This document shows, one piece after another, positions 9,803 to 22,466 of a stretch of 64,000 nucleotides of DNA; the stretch's first letter is position 1; the number at the start of each line of letters is the position of its first letter. Below the pieces are notes generated by a model. The model worked only from the letters and a program-made list of their open reading frames with translations. It was not told where the DNA came from and made no database searches. This DNA comes from Ruditapes philippinarum (taxonomy: Eukaryota), in the NCBI RefSeq assembly GCF_026571515.1, contig NW_026853784.1, forward strand, positions 62,001 to 126,000, read 5' to 3'. The translations under genes and the position numbers were made by a program.

Positions 9803-11299
9803 AAAAACAAACAAGCAAAACATGAATAACTACACATGCTGACCAATATTCCTGTAAAGTTTCAAGATTCTAGGTCAAAAACTTTTAGAGTAATGCAAGG
9901 GACAAGTTGAAAATTGCATTTTTTACAAAGTCAAGGGAAATTACAAAATTCTGAATAAATCCACAAGCAAACCCCCAAGCTAATACCCGCACTTGCTGAC
10001 CAACATTCCTGTTAAGTTTCATGACTCCAGGTTTAATACTTTTTGAGCTATGTGCGACACAAGTTGAAAATTTCAAATTTTCACAAAGTCAAGGGCACTA
10101 ACAAAACTGAATTAATCTACATGCATAACTTCATGTAATGATCATCATTCCTGTACAGTTTGTAAACTCTAATACAAGCATTTTTAGAGCTGCACATGAC
10201 ATAATATGGAGTGCATGCATGCAACCATAAATGGTCAAGAGCAAATCTAAATGCCTGCCCCCTTGAAAATTAACATCTCTCATGCTCGTAACCTAAAGCT
10301 TACTGTTGCACTTTCCCCTCTAAAAACCAAATTATTGTGATAATATTTAAGACATTTCCAAATATTCAGATTTTTATATATTGATATCTATATATACTAA
10401 TGAACCATTTGTTTTTGTTTGAAGATGCATACAACATTGCCAGGAGAAACAAGAGTCAAAACTAAATGTACCCCAAAAACACACAGCCAAATGTACATAG
10501 AAAATTATTCACAGTCTCAACATAAACTTATAAATACATGATAAATCCAAATACAACATTACAGCACTGACAGGGATATGAAATATACATGATTATATGA
10601 ATAAATGCCAAAATGAATAAATGCCAAATTACTGTACATTAATTCATGCAAACAGGAACACATAAGAGTATTTTAATTACTAAGGTTATTCAAACTGTCA
10701 ATAAAGAAGAAAAACATTAAAATGAGAAGAATGAGTGTTAAACATATTTCATATAAACCAGTCAGTGGTGTACATGTTTGTTGGAAAATCAAATCATACA
10801 GAATAAAATAGAAAAAAAGAATGATTCTTTTCATGTTTTTTTCAATCATATACAAATTACAGCAAACAAGATAAAATACTGAGTAAATATGGGTTGTTTT
10901 TAAAATGTTTCCCGTGACAATTAGTTCAACTGGTGAGGGCTGTTCAGAAAGCACCTCAAACTTAAGATATACTATGATACCTTATAGTAGAGAATGTCAT
11001 AGGTTGCAAAAGCCTTGTTTTGCTCAAAATCTTGGATTCTTTGCTGTTATTTCAATAAAACACATTTATTATAACATAAATAATGGATTTAAGGGAAGAA
11101 TTATGTAGATATCATAATTAGAGATTGAACATAAAATGACAGTGTAAGCTATTCTTACCTTAATATAGATTTACAATAACTAGTGTACAAGAACATTCAG
11201 ACTATGAAAGAAACTTTATGCTACTTATTAGATATTTAAATGACATAGACATTTTTAATCAAAACATACACAACATTATGGTAAGTTATCATAATAATT

Positions 11300-11530
11300 G
11301 AGCCGCGTCACGACAAAACCAACATAATGGGTTAGCCACATGGATCCAGACCAGTCTGCGCATCCGCGCAGTCTGATCAGGATCCATGCTGTTCGCTTAC
11401 AAACCCTATTACAAGTAAAGATACTGATAGCGAACAGCATGGATCCTGATCAGACTGCACGGATGCGCAGGCTGGTCTGGATCCATGCTGGTCGCAAACA
11501 CATTATGTTGGATTTGTCATGGCACGGCTC
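11300..11530. mobile_element. Short TIR MITE (GAG...CTC ends, Sola2-like)
   Basis: GAGCCGCGTCACGACAAAACCAACATAATG is nearly the reverse complement of CATTATGTTGGATTTGTCATGGCACGGCTC. Interior is largely palindromic. Flanking 4-mers (AATT/ATAT) do not match exactly. Confidence 0.75.
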
Positions 11531-12058
11531 ATATCTAAGTGTTATTTAATCTAATCATCCTACATTAAAAAACATTGTTCTAAAGTTGAATCACTGCACT
11601 AATGTCAACACTTTATACAATCAACTATGTTAAACATCATCATCATTGTAACTTATAGATATAAAACAGGGCTGCAAAATCAGTTATCTGTATTGCCCAG
11701 GTTGTCCAACAGCCTGTATGGACAAGTGGAAATTTTCAAAATTTACTGTATAGACATCACACTGACAAGCTGAAAAAATGCTTTAGATTAAAATAGACAA
11801 ATAAGTCAAAATCCAATTTCGACAGCCTTGTAAAACATTACGGTTTTGTATCTGCCATTTAGACATCTTTTAGAGTAAAAGCTTTGAAGGAGAAAATAAA
11901 GTATATATATATACTTCAACCAGCCTTCCTGTCTTAATCTACTTCTAATTTGATAAAACTGTAATAGAAACCAGAAATGAGCTGCAGTACAAGATTCAAG
12001 TAATGCTGATGATGTAAGACATAATTGTTTAAAATCTGTCATAAAAATTTACCCATAC

Positions 12059-15000
12059 CCTATCTTCTTTCGCATTCTTTTTGCGATCTTCTTCTTCTTG
12101 TATTTTTCGTCTTCTGTCATTTTCTCGTTTCTTCTTTAACCAGTATTCAAACGCCTCCTGGTTTTCCTTTTCTTTGTTTTCTTCCTCTTGTCGTCTTCGC
12201 CTTTCACTGTCTTGCTTTTGTTTTTCAAGGGCTTTTTTCCTATCTTCCATCAACTGTTTTTCTCTTGGTGACAGAGCATAAGGGGAATTATAATTGTCAC
12301 AGTAAGATGATGATCCATGGTTTGTCGGCCCATGAGCAGACTGCGGTCTCTGTTTAGCAGGAGCAGATCTGACGTTACGACGAGAACTAGAAGTTGCTGT
12401 CGAAGGTCTAGGCTTCCCAGGAGGTGCTGGCTGAAGCTTTGCTTTATTTTTCTCATTCTGTTTCTTTTCATTTTCTTTATTTGTATCCTGGTCTAATATA
12501 TATCCTAAATCTTTGGCCCTTACATCGTCTGCGCTCACTAATTTAAATTGTCCATCAATCTCTATCAACACTTCGTCTTTTTTGCCTGAATTTGATTTTT
12601 TGCTGCTAGAAATGGTTTCTGAATTGTCATCAACTTTATCGTCAGTTTGTTTTTTAGGTGTTGAGGTTTTAGTTGATTTTGGACTATTTTGTTTTTTATC
12701 TTCCCCTTCATCATCACTAAAGTCAGGTGGGGGAGCCACAAGATCAATAAGATCTGATTTAAATCCTACTTTTGATTCATTTTGTTTTTCAACTGGAGTA
12801 GGATCATTTTTGAGTTCTTCATTTAAAACTTTGAGTCGCTCAGTGACATCATACTCTGGTGGATCTTCATCTAAATAGAAAATGGTGAAACTTATAACCT
12901 TATATTAATAGAAAATGGTGAAACTTATAACCTTAATATAGACAAGAGCTGTCGGTAGGACAGCAACGCTCGACTATTCTTAGTGCTTGATAGTAAAAAA
13001 AATGCTTGATACAGTTACCTCCTCCTGTTTACAGGTTGGGGTCATGATGGTGAACAAGTGTGCAAAGTTTCAAAGCCATATGTCAATGGACTTTGAAAAT
13101 ATTTGAAATATTACAAAAACTTTAACGTAAATTCTAAGTCGAAAAAGGGGCATAATTCTGTCAAAATGCTTGATAGAGTTACCTCCTCCTGTTTACAGGT
13201 TGGGGTCATGATGTTGAACAAGTGTGCAAAGTTTCAAAGCCATATGTCAATGGACTTTGAAAATATTTGAACTATTACAAAAACTTTAACGTAAATTCTA
13301 AGTCGAAAAAGGGGCATAATTCTGTCAAAATGCTTGATAGAGTTACCTCCTCCTGTTTACAGGTTGGGGTCATGATGTTGAACAAGTGTGCAAAGTTTCA
13401 AAGCCATATGTCAATGGACTTTGAAAATATTTGAACTATTACAAAAACTTTAACATAAATTCTAAGTCGAAAAAGGGGCATAATTCTGTCAAAATGCTTG
13501 ATAGAGTTACCTCCTCTTGTTTACAGGTTGGGGTCATGATGGTGAACAAGTGTGCAAAGTTTCAAAGCCATATGTCAATGGACTTTGAAAATATTTGAAC
13601 TATTACAAAAACTTTAACATAAATTCTAAGTCGAAAAAGGGGCATAATTCTGTCAAAATGCTTGATAGAGTTACCTCCTCTTGTTTACAGGTTGGGGTCA
13701 TGATGGTGAACAAGTGTGCAAAGTTTCAAAGCCATATGTCAATGGACTTTGAAAATATTTGAACTATTACAAAAAACTTTAACATAAATTCTAAGTCGAA
13801 AAAGGGGCATAATTCTGTCAAAATGCTTGATAGAGTTACCTCCTCTTGTCTACAGGTTGGGTCATGAATGGTGAACAAGTGTGCAAAGTTTCAAAGCCAT
13901 ATGTCAATGGACTTTGAAAATATTTGAACTATTACAAAAACTTTAACATAAGTGGTTACGCCGACGCCGACGCTCGGGTGACTGCAATAGCTCTACTTAT
14001 TCTTATCGAATAGTCGAGCTAAAAATTGTGAAACTTATAACCTTATAAAAGTAAACAATGAAAATTTATAACCTTATTATAGAAAATGGTAAAACTTATA
14101 ACCTTATAATAGAAAATGGTGGAACTTATAACCTTATAAAAGAAAATGGTGAAACTTATAACCTTATCATAGAAAATGGTGAAACTTATAACCTTATAAT
14201 AGAAAATATCAAGCATAACCATTTACCTTTGTATATCATAAAGTATTATTTAAAACATAAGATATATTTCATATAATATAACTTTAAATTTGTGAAATAT
14301 TTGTTACATATTTAGATTATTCAAATCATTAACATATTTTAAGGTGAGAATTTGCAGTTACCAGGCAAACAGCCTAATTCAGTTTTGAGATTATCCAGTT
14401 CCTCCAGTGCTCTTTTCTGATCCTCAGTCAAATTATAGTCATCTACTTCTGAATCTTCATTATCACTCTGCTCTCGTGCAGTCACTTTCTCTGTTTTGTC
14501 ATCCTTAGACACATCTTTGTCCTTTTCCATCGTGTTTTGATTCTACAAAGGTAAAATATCAACATTTTTATAACATGAACAGTTTCGGGTTTTATCATAC
14601 ATTTGAATAGCAAGTTTTAAGTAATAATGACATAATAAAGTACAATGTATTGTGTTCAAAATAATCTAATAAAAGGTCATAATAACATATCTTTGCATAC
14701 ATAAAGTTACATAATAATATACATGTATAAACTTAAAATTATGTTTTATTGAAATCAATTGAAAGGGAAAAAATGTAATTATCTTTTAAATATTATCATT
14801 TAGACAAATCTATTTTTCATTAAACAAATTCATTATAACATGATCATAATACATTTTGATTGGTTGCTAGCTTTGTGATATGAATGTTTCTGTTTAAGTT
14901 GGTAGATATTTCATTTAGATATAGATATTTCATTTAGGTCCAGATATTTGACTTTCTGAGACTACTACAAAATGATTATTATTTGTGGGGAACTAATTTT

Positions 15001-17237
15001 TGTGGTTCTTGTGGAAAGGTCAATCCGCGAATTTAAGATGCGACAATTATCATTTTGTCTGCTATAAGATTATTTTTCATCACATAATTAACATTTTACC
15101 TTTTGGAAAAATAGACAGTTCATGAATTTATGAACCCACCAAAATATTCTTTATGACAAAACATAAATTTACACAATGTACATGCCAAAACAAGGTGCAA
15201 TTAAACTCTAATCTCTTTATCAGATTTCAGATTGCCCCAATATCATTATGATCCTGTATAAATGCCAGTAAAGTAATAAATAGTAAAACTTAATAATATT
15301 AGATTATTTCAAGTAGTAGGTAAATCTTGCTGTTACAAGTTATTGCCAACTATTATGGTATTAGAGGTTGTATATATTATACAGTAGAGTTGAAAGGTTT
15401 AGGTATAGAGGTGTATCAGGAGGCAATGTCCGCACACAAATACCAAGTTATAAAATGAATGTACATCAAAAAGGCCGGGATTAAGTTTGGTTCAATGATT
15501 ATGTTTTGATAAAATATTTTGATAAATTTGATACACAAATTGAATTTACATTATGTTTGATAGTACTATATCAAGTAAGAAGATTTCATGAATCAAAAGT
15601 TTTCTTAAAAATTCAAAGATTTCAGATTAAATATATTTTTTTTCCTTTCTGATAGGTTTAAATGTTTAATCTATGCTAAAGAAGAGCCAGGATTTAAAGT
15701 TAAATGTCTACTATGCTAAACTATTACTAGTTATTTTCATATAAAGTTAGTTAAGGAAATAATGTAAATATGCAAAATTTATAAGAACAGATCTATGCCT
15801 TGCAAAAGTTTACACTTTAAAAGTTCTGAATTCAAATTAAGCCAAATTTCAGTGCAATAAATTTTAACACTTTAACAATTTAATTGCTGGATCAATAGAT
15901 AAAATCCCCAAAGATGAATTGTCAAGAGTAGATAGCATTATACACACGTCAGAAGGATAAAATAAAGTAGAATAAACAATCATTAAATGCATTATTAATA
16001 CGATGAAAAGTTGGTTGAAATAAATCATCCAAGGCACATATATAGTAAAGTTTGTAAACAGTTATTTCAATGTTTAGGAAACAACATTAAACAAAAATTG
16101 AAAGATGTTATACAAGTATTATGCAATATTAAGAAATCAGGTGAAAACTTTTAAGATTTGTGTACCTATGTTAATATACAAATACAAACAGATCTCAGTC
16201 TTGAAATATTGTATAATTAAGTTAAAACTACACTAAAATCTATAGAAAGTACATGTAGCTAAGGCTGTCTTTAACTTATTCACTTAATGTTTAGTTTACT
16301 TTTGAGATTAAACATAACTTCAAGAAATAAGTTTATAATAACAATATGAATGGATTTGTTGTCATGATTATATGATGGATACATGTCAGCTGTTATTTGC
16401 CTTTATAAAACATCTGAAATGACTGTTAGTTATTAAGGAATATGTTATGGCATCATTTTAACATAACGTGTTACCGTATGTTAGGACTTCGGTTAATATT
16501 GACTAAGAATCATCAAGTACATGAGCTTTAGATTTATATGACGTGTTCATTGCTATGAATTAGTAAATATATAATTTAAAGAAAGTCAATATTTCATGAG
16601 GGTACTCGCATTACAAACATCAATTATGTGTTCTAGGAGAATAAATTTCACACTAACTGAACAGCTGAATAATAAATGAAGACTAGAGATGCTATACTTA
16701 GATAAAGTGATAGAATAGTTTTTGCTTGGTTACATTTTTCTCTTTTTTAAACACCATATATATTAAGATACATGTAAGTAGAAATTGTGTTAAATAATAG
16801 ACAGTACTCCCTATTAACATTTATTGAAAATACAGTGTTATACCATTGACAAAAATACCCTTGGCCCGAAGACAGTGCATTTACACATACAAAAACATGT
16901 ATAAGAAATAAACTGTATCTTCCATATTTTTTGGTTGAACATTGCCACAAATTAACTTTTCCTGACAGGTAAACATATCATATTTCCCTTTCATGCATTT
17001 TTGTCCAAAATCCAAATATGATCTTAAATGATGTTACATTACATTTGTTTATGCACAATATACAGTGTAATATTATAACAATATTTAAGTGAAAATAATA
17101 ACAATGTGACAAGATGAATTTTGTAAAAAAAAATAATGAGATATCAAAATCACCTCTTTCTGTTTCTTATTTTTTTCTTCACTTTCAATATAAGAGTTCA
17201 ACTCCTTTTCAAAATCATCAAGTTCAGTACTTGCCAT
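12059..17237 (-). CDS. CCDC181: Coiled-coil domain-containing protein 181-like (partial; exons 17237-17154, 14542-14362, 12870-12059; continues left)
   Basis: Exons splice in frame with GT-AG sites. Motifs VGFKSDLIDLVAPP, VLIEIDGQFKLV and ENQEAFEYWLKKKRE resemble CCDC181 conserved blocks as recalled, not searched. Confidence 0.78.
12875..14206. repeat. ~30-bp minisatellite (ATAGAAAATGGTGAAACTTATAACCTTATA) split by a HINE insertion
   Basis: Two units at 12875-12941 and about six units at 14021-14206. Explains the spurious ORF 14058-14276. Confidence 0.85.
12942..14022 (+). mobile_element. HINE/pearl-like element with 164-bp internal tandem array
   Basis: 5' ACAAGAGCTGTC...GACAGC hairpin; about 6 near-identical 164-bp units (13001, 13165, 13329...); (GACGCC)n; 3' hairpin ending GAGCT. 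Confidence 0.85.
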
Positions 17238-17764
17238 ATTGAATCATCCTGTAATATCAAATACATACTAATGTGAAACACTGAACATGCAGCACTCTCT
17301 GATATTAATGACTTAGTTTTCACTGTTAAACTAGCATTTTATTCATTATGTTAAAGGCCAAACTGTTAATAAGATAGTCTGCTATAAAAAAGTTCAGACT
17401 GTCAATAAGAGAGTCTACTATAAAAGATTTGCAACAGAATCTGTAACAAACAATAGGATTAGTGTTAGAAATGACAAAGTAATTAAACAAGCTGGAAGGT
17501 GTGCAAGTTCTACTTGTTGTCACATGAAACTAAAGTTTGAAACATAGAATTGTATAACTATTCTAAAATTGCCTGAAAAGAAACAGCTACAACAACATAG
17601 GTAGATTGTTGAATTCAAACTTATTACTTGTATAAGCTTATGATCACTGCAGAACACAGAATACATTGTTAAGAAAAAGAAATCTAACATTCTATATGTA
17701 TATTTGACAGACTTTGAATAATCTTTGACTTTTAGACCTTCTAATTCCAAAAAAAGATAGTCAA

Positions 17765-17985
17765 GGGTCTCACTGGGCTAATGGTTAAAGTTACCAAGTT
17801 CAAACCATCTTGCCCTTAACCACTCTTGGTTTGAATCCCACCAGGAACTTTGCATTCTTTCATGTGAAGATGCTATCCCACTCACTTATGGAAGGTTTAT
17901 GGTTCTACCCACATATACAATTGTGCCTGAAGTAATAATGCACCCGGAGTTTCCCTCTGCCACTAACACTTAAAAGTCACCATTC
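17765..17985 (+). mobile_element. Degraded tRNA-derived SINE
   Basis: A-box/B-box-like head (GGTTTGAATCCC) and a TTCATGTGAAGATGCTATCC core. Same family as the copy at 33590-33862. Confidence 0.6.
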
Positions 17986-18022
17986 ATATGTTCACATCAA
18001 ATTTATGTGAATCATGTAAATA

Positions 18023-19197
18023 AACTAGAAATGTGTCATCATGCCACGGATGCAGCCAAAATTTCAGATGTTATAATATTTAGTTCCAAATTTGTTTGCA
18101 CAAATTATTTTTTTTATTTTAAGTTCAAAGCCCTTAAAACTTTTCAATGTTAACACAAAACATTTCCATACATTACAATGTTCAAGGCACTGAAATTATT
18201 CAGTCTTAACCTTTTGAAAATAGCATATTTCATATTTGTAGCCAAAATAATGGCTACATACATTTCCACAAAAGTATGAGTGCTGAAACTGAAAGTTCAA
18301 AATTTTTCCAACATCAAAGAAAGATAACTTTGTCCAAAATCAGTGAACCACGACCAAATTCAAACTTAAACTGCTTATTCCTAAGATGTATCTATATTAT
18401 TTTCAAAGTGAAAGGGATATAACTCTGCCAAAAAATCATCAAACCATGACCAAATTCCAACTTGACCTGGGTATTCCTTTGACATATCCATATGTCAAAT
18501 TTGAGTTGAGGGGCTTTACTCTGCCAAAAATCATTGAACCATGACCAAATTAGAACTTGGCCTGGGCATTCCAAAACCATATCCATATGTCAAATTTGAG
18601 TTGAATGTGTTGTACCGGTGGGGAGATAATAAACAGAAACTGAAAATTTCATATTATTTTCAAAGTGAAAGGTGCATAACTCTGCCAAAAATCATTGAAC
18701 CATGACCAAATTTGAACTTGACCTGCGCATTCCTTTGACATATCCATATGTGAAGTTTGAGTTGAATGTGTTGTACCGTTGGGGAGATAATGAACGGAAA
18801 CTGAAAATTTCATATTATTTTCAAAGTGAAAGGGGCATAACTGTGCCAAAAATCATCGAACCATGACCTAATTCGAACTTGACCTGTATTTTATCATGAC
18901 ATATCCATATGTCAAATTTGAATTGAATGTGTTGTACAGTTGGGGAGATAATGAATGGAAACTGAAAATTTCATATTATTTTCAAAGTAAAAGGGGCATA
19001 ACTCTGCCAAAAATCATCGAACTATGACCAAATTCGAACTTGACCTGTATTTTCTCATGACATATCCATATGTCAAATTTGATTTGAATGTGTGCAACAG
19101 TTACTAAGATAATGAACGAAAACTGATGATGACGGAATGACGGAAGGACGGAATAGGGTAACACTATATGCCCCCGCCATCTAATGGCGGGGGCATA
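18023..19197 (+). mobile_element. HINE/pearl-like element with ~161-bp internal array
   Basis: Starts AACTAGAAAT; units at 18651, 18812, 18973; (GACGGAAT)n; terminal hairpin ATGCCCCCGCCAT...ATGGCGGGGGCAT. Confidence 0.8.
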
Positions 19198-22100
19198 ATA
19201 ATAAAAATGCCCATTAAAATTAACTACCCTAAAAATGACAAAAAGAAATCTGGAATACACACTATTCTTGAAAACTATGTACAATTTAAATACTAAGGTA
19301 CCACTAACTTATAGATACTCTGAATTTTTGCTAAAATAGTATTGGGTTTCTCTATGCTAATTTTTGTGTGCTGCATCACAATGTGGTTTTCAAAATCAAT
19401 TCTTTTGTAGTACTAATTAATTTCAGGGAAACTGTTCTTGTGTACCATAAAAATTGGATACAATTATATGTACTCCTTTAAAAACCCAGTGTGCATACCA
19501 AGTTGTAATTGAAATCTTTACTTAAAATAAATCACAGTACAAGTATCAGTTTAAGTAAATGATCAAAGACAAGTAACATCTTGAGTGGTTGGATCACTCT
19601 CGGCATAGACTAATGCTTTAAGCAAATACATGTTGTATTATGATGTAAAGAATATCTTACTAAATAAAAGCATGACACTGTAAAACTATTTTCACTATCA
19701 TATTATCTTTTTTAAAATTCCAGCATAGTATGTTGCCCAACCTCAGCAGACAGAAGGGGAGTAACTCTTAGTCTAGTGGATAAAATAGCCACATTTTGGC
19801 TGCAAAATACAGGCACAGGTTACTGGTAAAGATTATCAAATTATTGAACTATTTTTAAAGAAATGTTCATAAATTTTTTGTATTTTTTTGTTTTTGGTTA
19901 AAACTTAAAACATCATGCTAATTTTTTTGAATCCATTTGTAGGAATAAATGCACTGATTTCTTATGATCAGAAGCATTTACTTTCATTAAATTATTGTTT
20001 TTTCATAACATTTATTAGGATTTTACGCCAAGCATTGGTCTAACAATACTTAAGACAATCTGCCAGAACAATAAATGTCCCTATGCAAAGATCCATAGGT
20101 TCTGATTACCGTTATTTTCAAGGGGATGCTCACAGCACCCACTGGGAACACAACAGTATAAATAAATCACTCTTCAGCATTTAAAAAGAGAGGGAAATTT
20201 GACAAATAAGAATGTTAAGATTAATTTCAAGTTGCTTCACACTAGCAAAGTCAACGCAAAACTTCAGATAACAATTTATTACACAGATCTACTTCATGTT
20301 AATTAAATGTGTTACATTCATTCATCATATGTTACGTTTCACACTCACAGCAATATTCACAAAATGGAGGGGAATAGGATTAGACACGCAACACACCGTG
20401 CATTTTTCAAACATTCAAGAAAGTGAAAATAATTTTTCAAAGAAATATATCCATACTGTACAATTCGTGAAAATGACAACAATAAATTCCGTTACCAGTT
20501 CAAAATCCAATGTCAAGAAGCCATATTTCAATCGACCTCAATTTTTACAGAATTGTTTGGATCCGTCACTTGGCAATGCTACCACCTGCTTTGTTTATTT
20601 AGTTTCGAATTCCAATATTTTATGTAAAACGGAATAAACAATGTTGTCAAATAAGTAATTAATTATATTTATTTTAGAATAAATATATAAATATAAAATT
20701 TGAAAGTAAAGTAAAAAATAAGCTCTAAAAGTGTATTTTGTTTAAATTGATTAATTCGAATATTTGGCAGGTGTCTTATAACGGCTTAGTATAAAACTTT
20801 ACGAATCGCGCATGATGACTTTACTAAACCATTAACCGACACGCACTTTTCTTTGCCATTATTTTAACAATGTCATTACGTTACTAGTTATGCCAGATCT
20901 ACAATCCCAATTTAAAGATCTATCATATGGATGATGATAAATCTAAATGAAAATAAGTCCCTTGTTGGAGATTAGAAATCTTCGAAACAGATGACAGATT
21001 TTTTTCAATGTCCATTTTAATATTATTTATTTATAGGTAACACTGGCCTTATATTTTTTTACATGTATGTATGTCGGTCGAAAGCTTTACATAGCTTATG
21101 TTTTGTGAAATGTTTTACTTGTATACAGACAATAAATAAATTTTGATTTGATGACTTGATTTGTTTCTAGAGATGTTTGGGTTATTCAGACCCACGCTTC
21201 TCGATCCTTGTTTTTTTACATGAGTGGAAATTGTCTAGTATTCCTATAGGTACATGTGCGGATTTACAAGTAGTATTCGGGAAGACAAAGACCCTAACAT
21301 ACAGCAAGTAAATCCTGAACATCATCAATTTTAGTAGCAAAGGATTGAATTTCATATAACTGTTTAAAAAGTTGAAAACTTACTCTGCGATTGACCTTAT
21401 TTCACAGTCACATCTGGTGTTATGCTTCACATCTGGAGCAGCGGAAATTCACAAATACTTTTTACCGATGCTCATTTTAGATACATATGGGGTCCCCCGT
21501 AATCTCTTTCCCTCAAGATTTACCATGGTTTGGTTATTTTTCCCATCGATAAATACTTGATTCCCCGTCTCCAAACATAGTTATCTGCATACTATTATGT
21601 GTTATTTACAGCAACTTCAGACTATAGAAAATTCTCTTTTTAACTTTTTCGAATTTTTGACCCGCAAACATGTCTTCGCCCTCGCTAGGGTTCAACGTTG
21701 TTAAGTTTCATATTCGGACAAAGATGGCACTGTACAGATACTGCTACTATAACAACGAAAATTGCACAAATGAAGATATAAGAATACCTATTTTAATTAA
21801 GTTAGAGGCAGATCAGACCAAACGATTAACAGTTAATGCACTCTGCGTTTATCATTATTATTTTTATTTATTTATTTATTATTGTTTTGCACTAGTAGAA
21901 TGTTGAAGAATTATCTTAAGGTTCCAATGTTGTTAGAATATTGATCAGAATCTGCTGAAATATGACATTTATATATACCTATATTTTATGTAACAATCGT
22001 ATTTAATCAAGCTACATATTCTATGTATATCAAACATTGAAAAATTTTATCATTAAAGTAAAGAGTTTTGAAGTTTTACCAGTTTTTAGGCGATAAAGAA

Positions 22101-22466
22101 ACATTAAAACTATTATCGATACACGGACATTATTTCAATGTATCATGACAAGCTAAGAGACATTTCGTATTTTTTAAAACCAAGATTTTTTTATTCGTTC
22201 TCCTATTTTGGATGCTATTGGAATATATAAGTTATGTTTTCATCTTTGCCAATTTTGAATTCCACACTTAGCCCTAATAAGAGACATTGAACATATTTCT
22301 GATAATTTGATGTAAACGTGTAATTTTTCTCTTTCCTTATTTCACCAACTGTTACACAGGCAGCTGATACTAATCTTCTTACATACGTTTATGTGTTTTA
22401 CTTTCTCTATCAACTATCACATGTAGTAAACAATGGTTATCTTTCTTCTATCGTTCTGTCTTAGAA

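Noticed and set aside
12025-12878. Plus-strand ORFs over the large CCDC181-like exon
   Set aside because: Antisense shadows of a K/E-rich coding exon.
12995-13950. Regular arrays as CRISPR-like loci (also 8450-9560, 36130-36940, 56070-57730)
   Set aside because: Units are head-to-tail with no unique spacers, lie inside HINE termini, and the context is eukaryotic with no cas genes.
14058-14276. ORF with repeated YNLIIENGET
   Set aside because: Translation of the 30-bp minisatellite.
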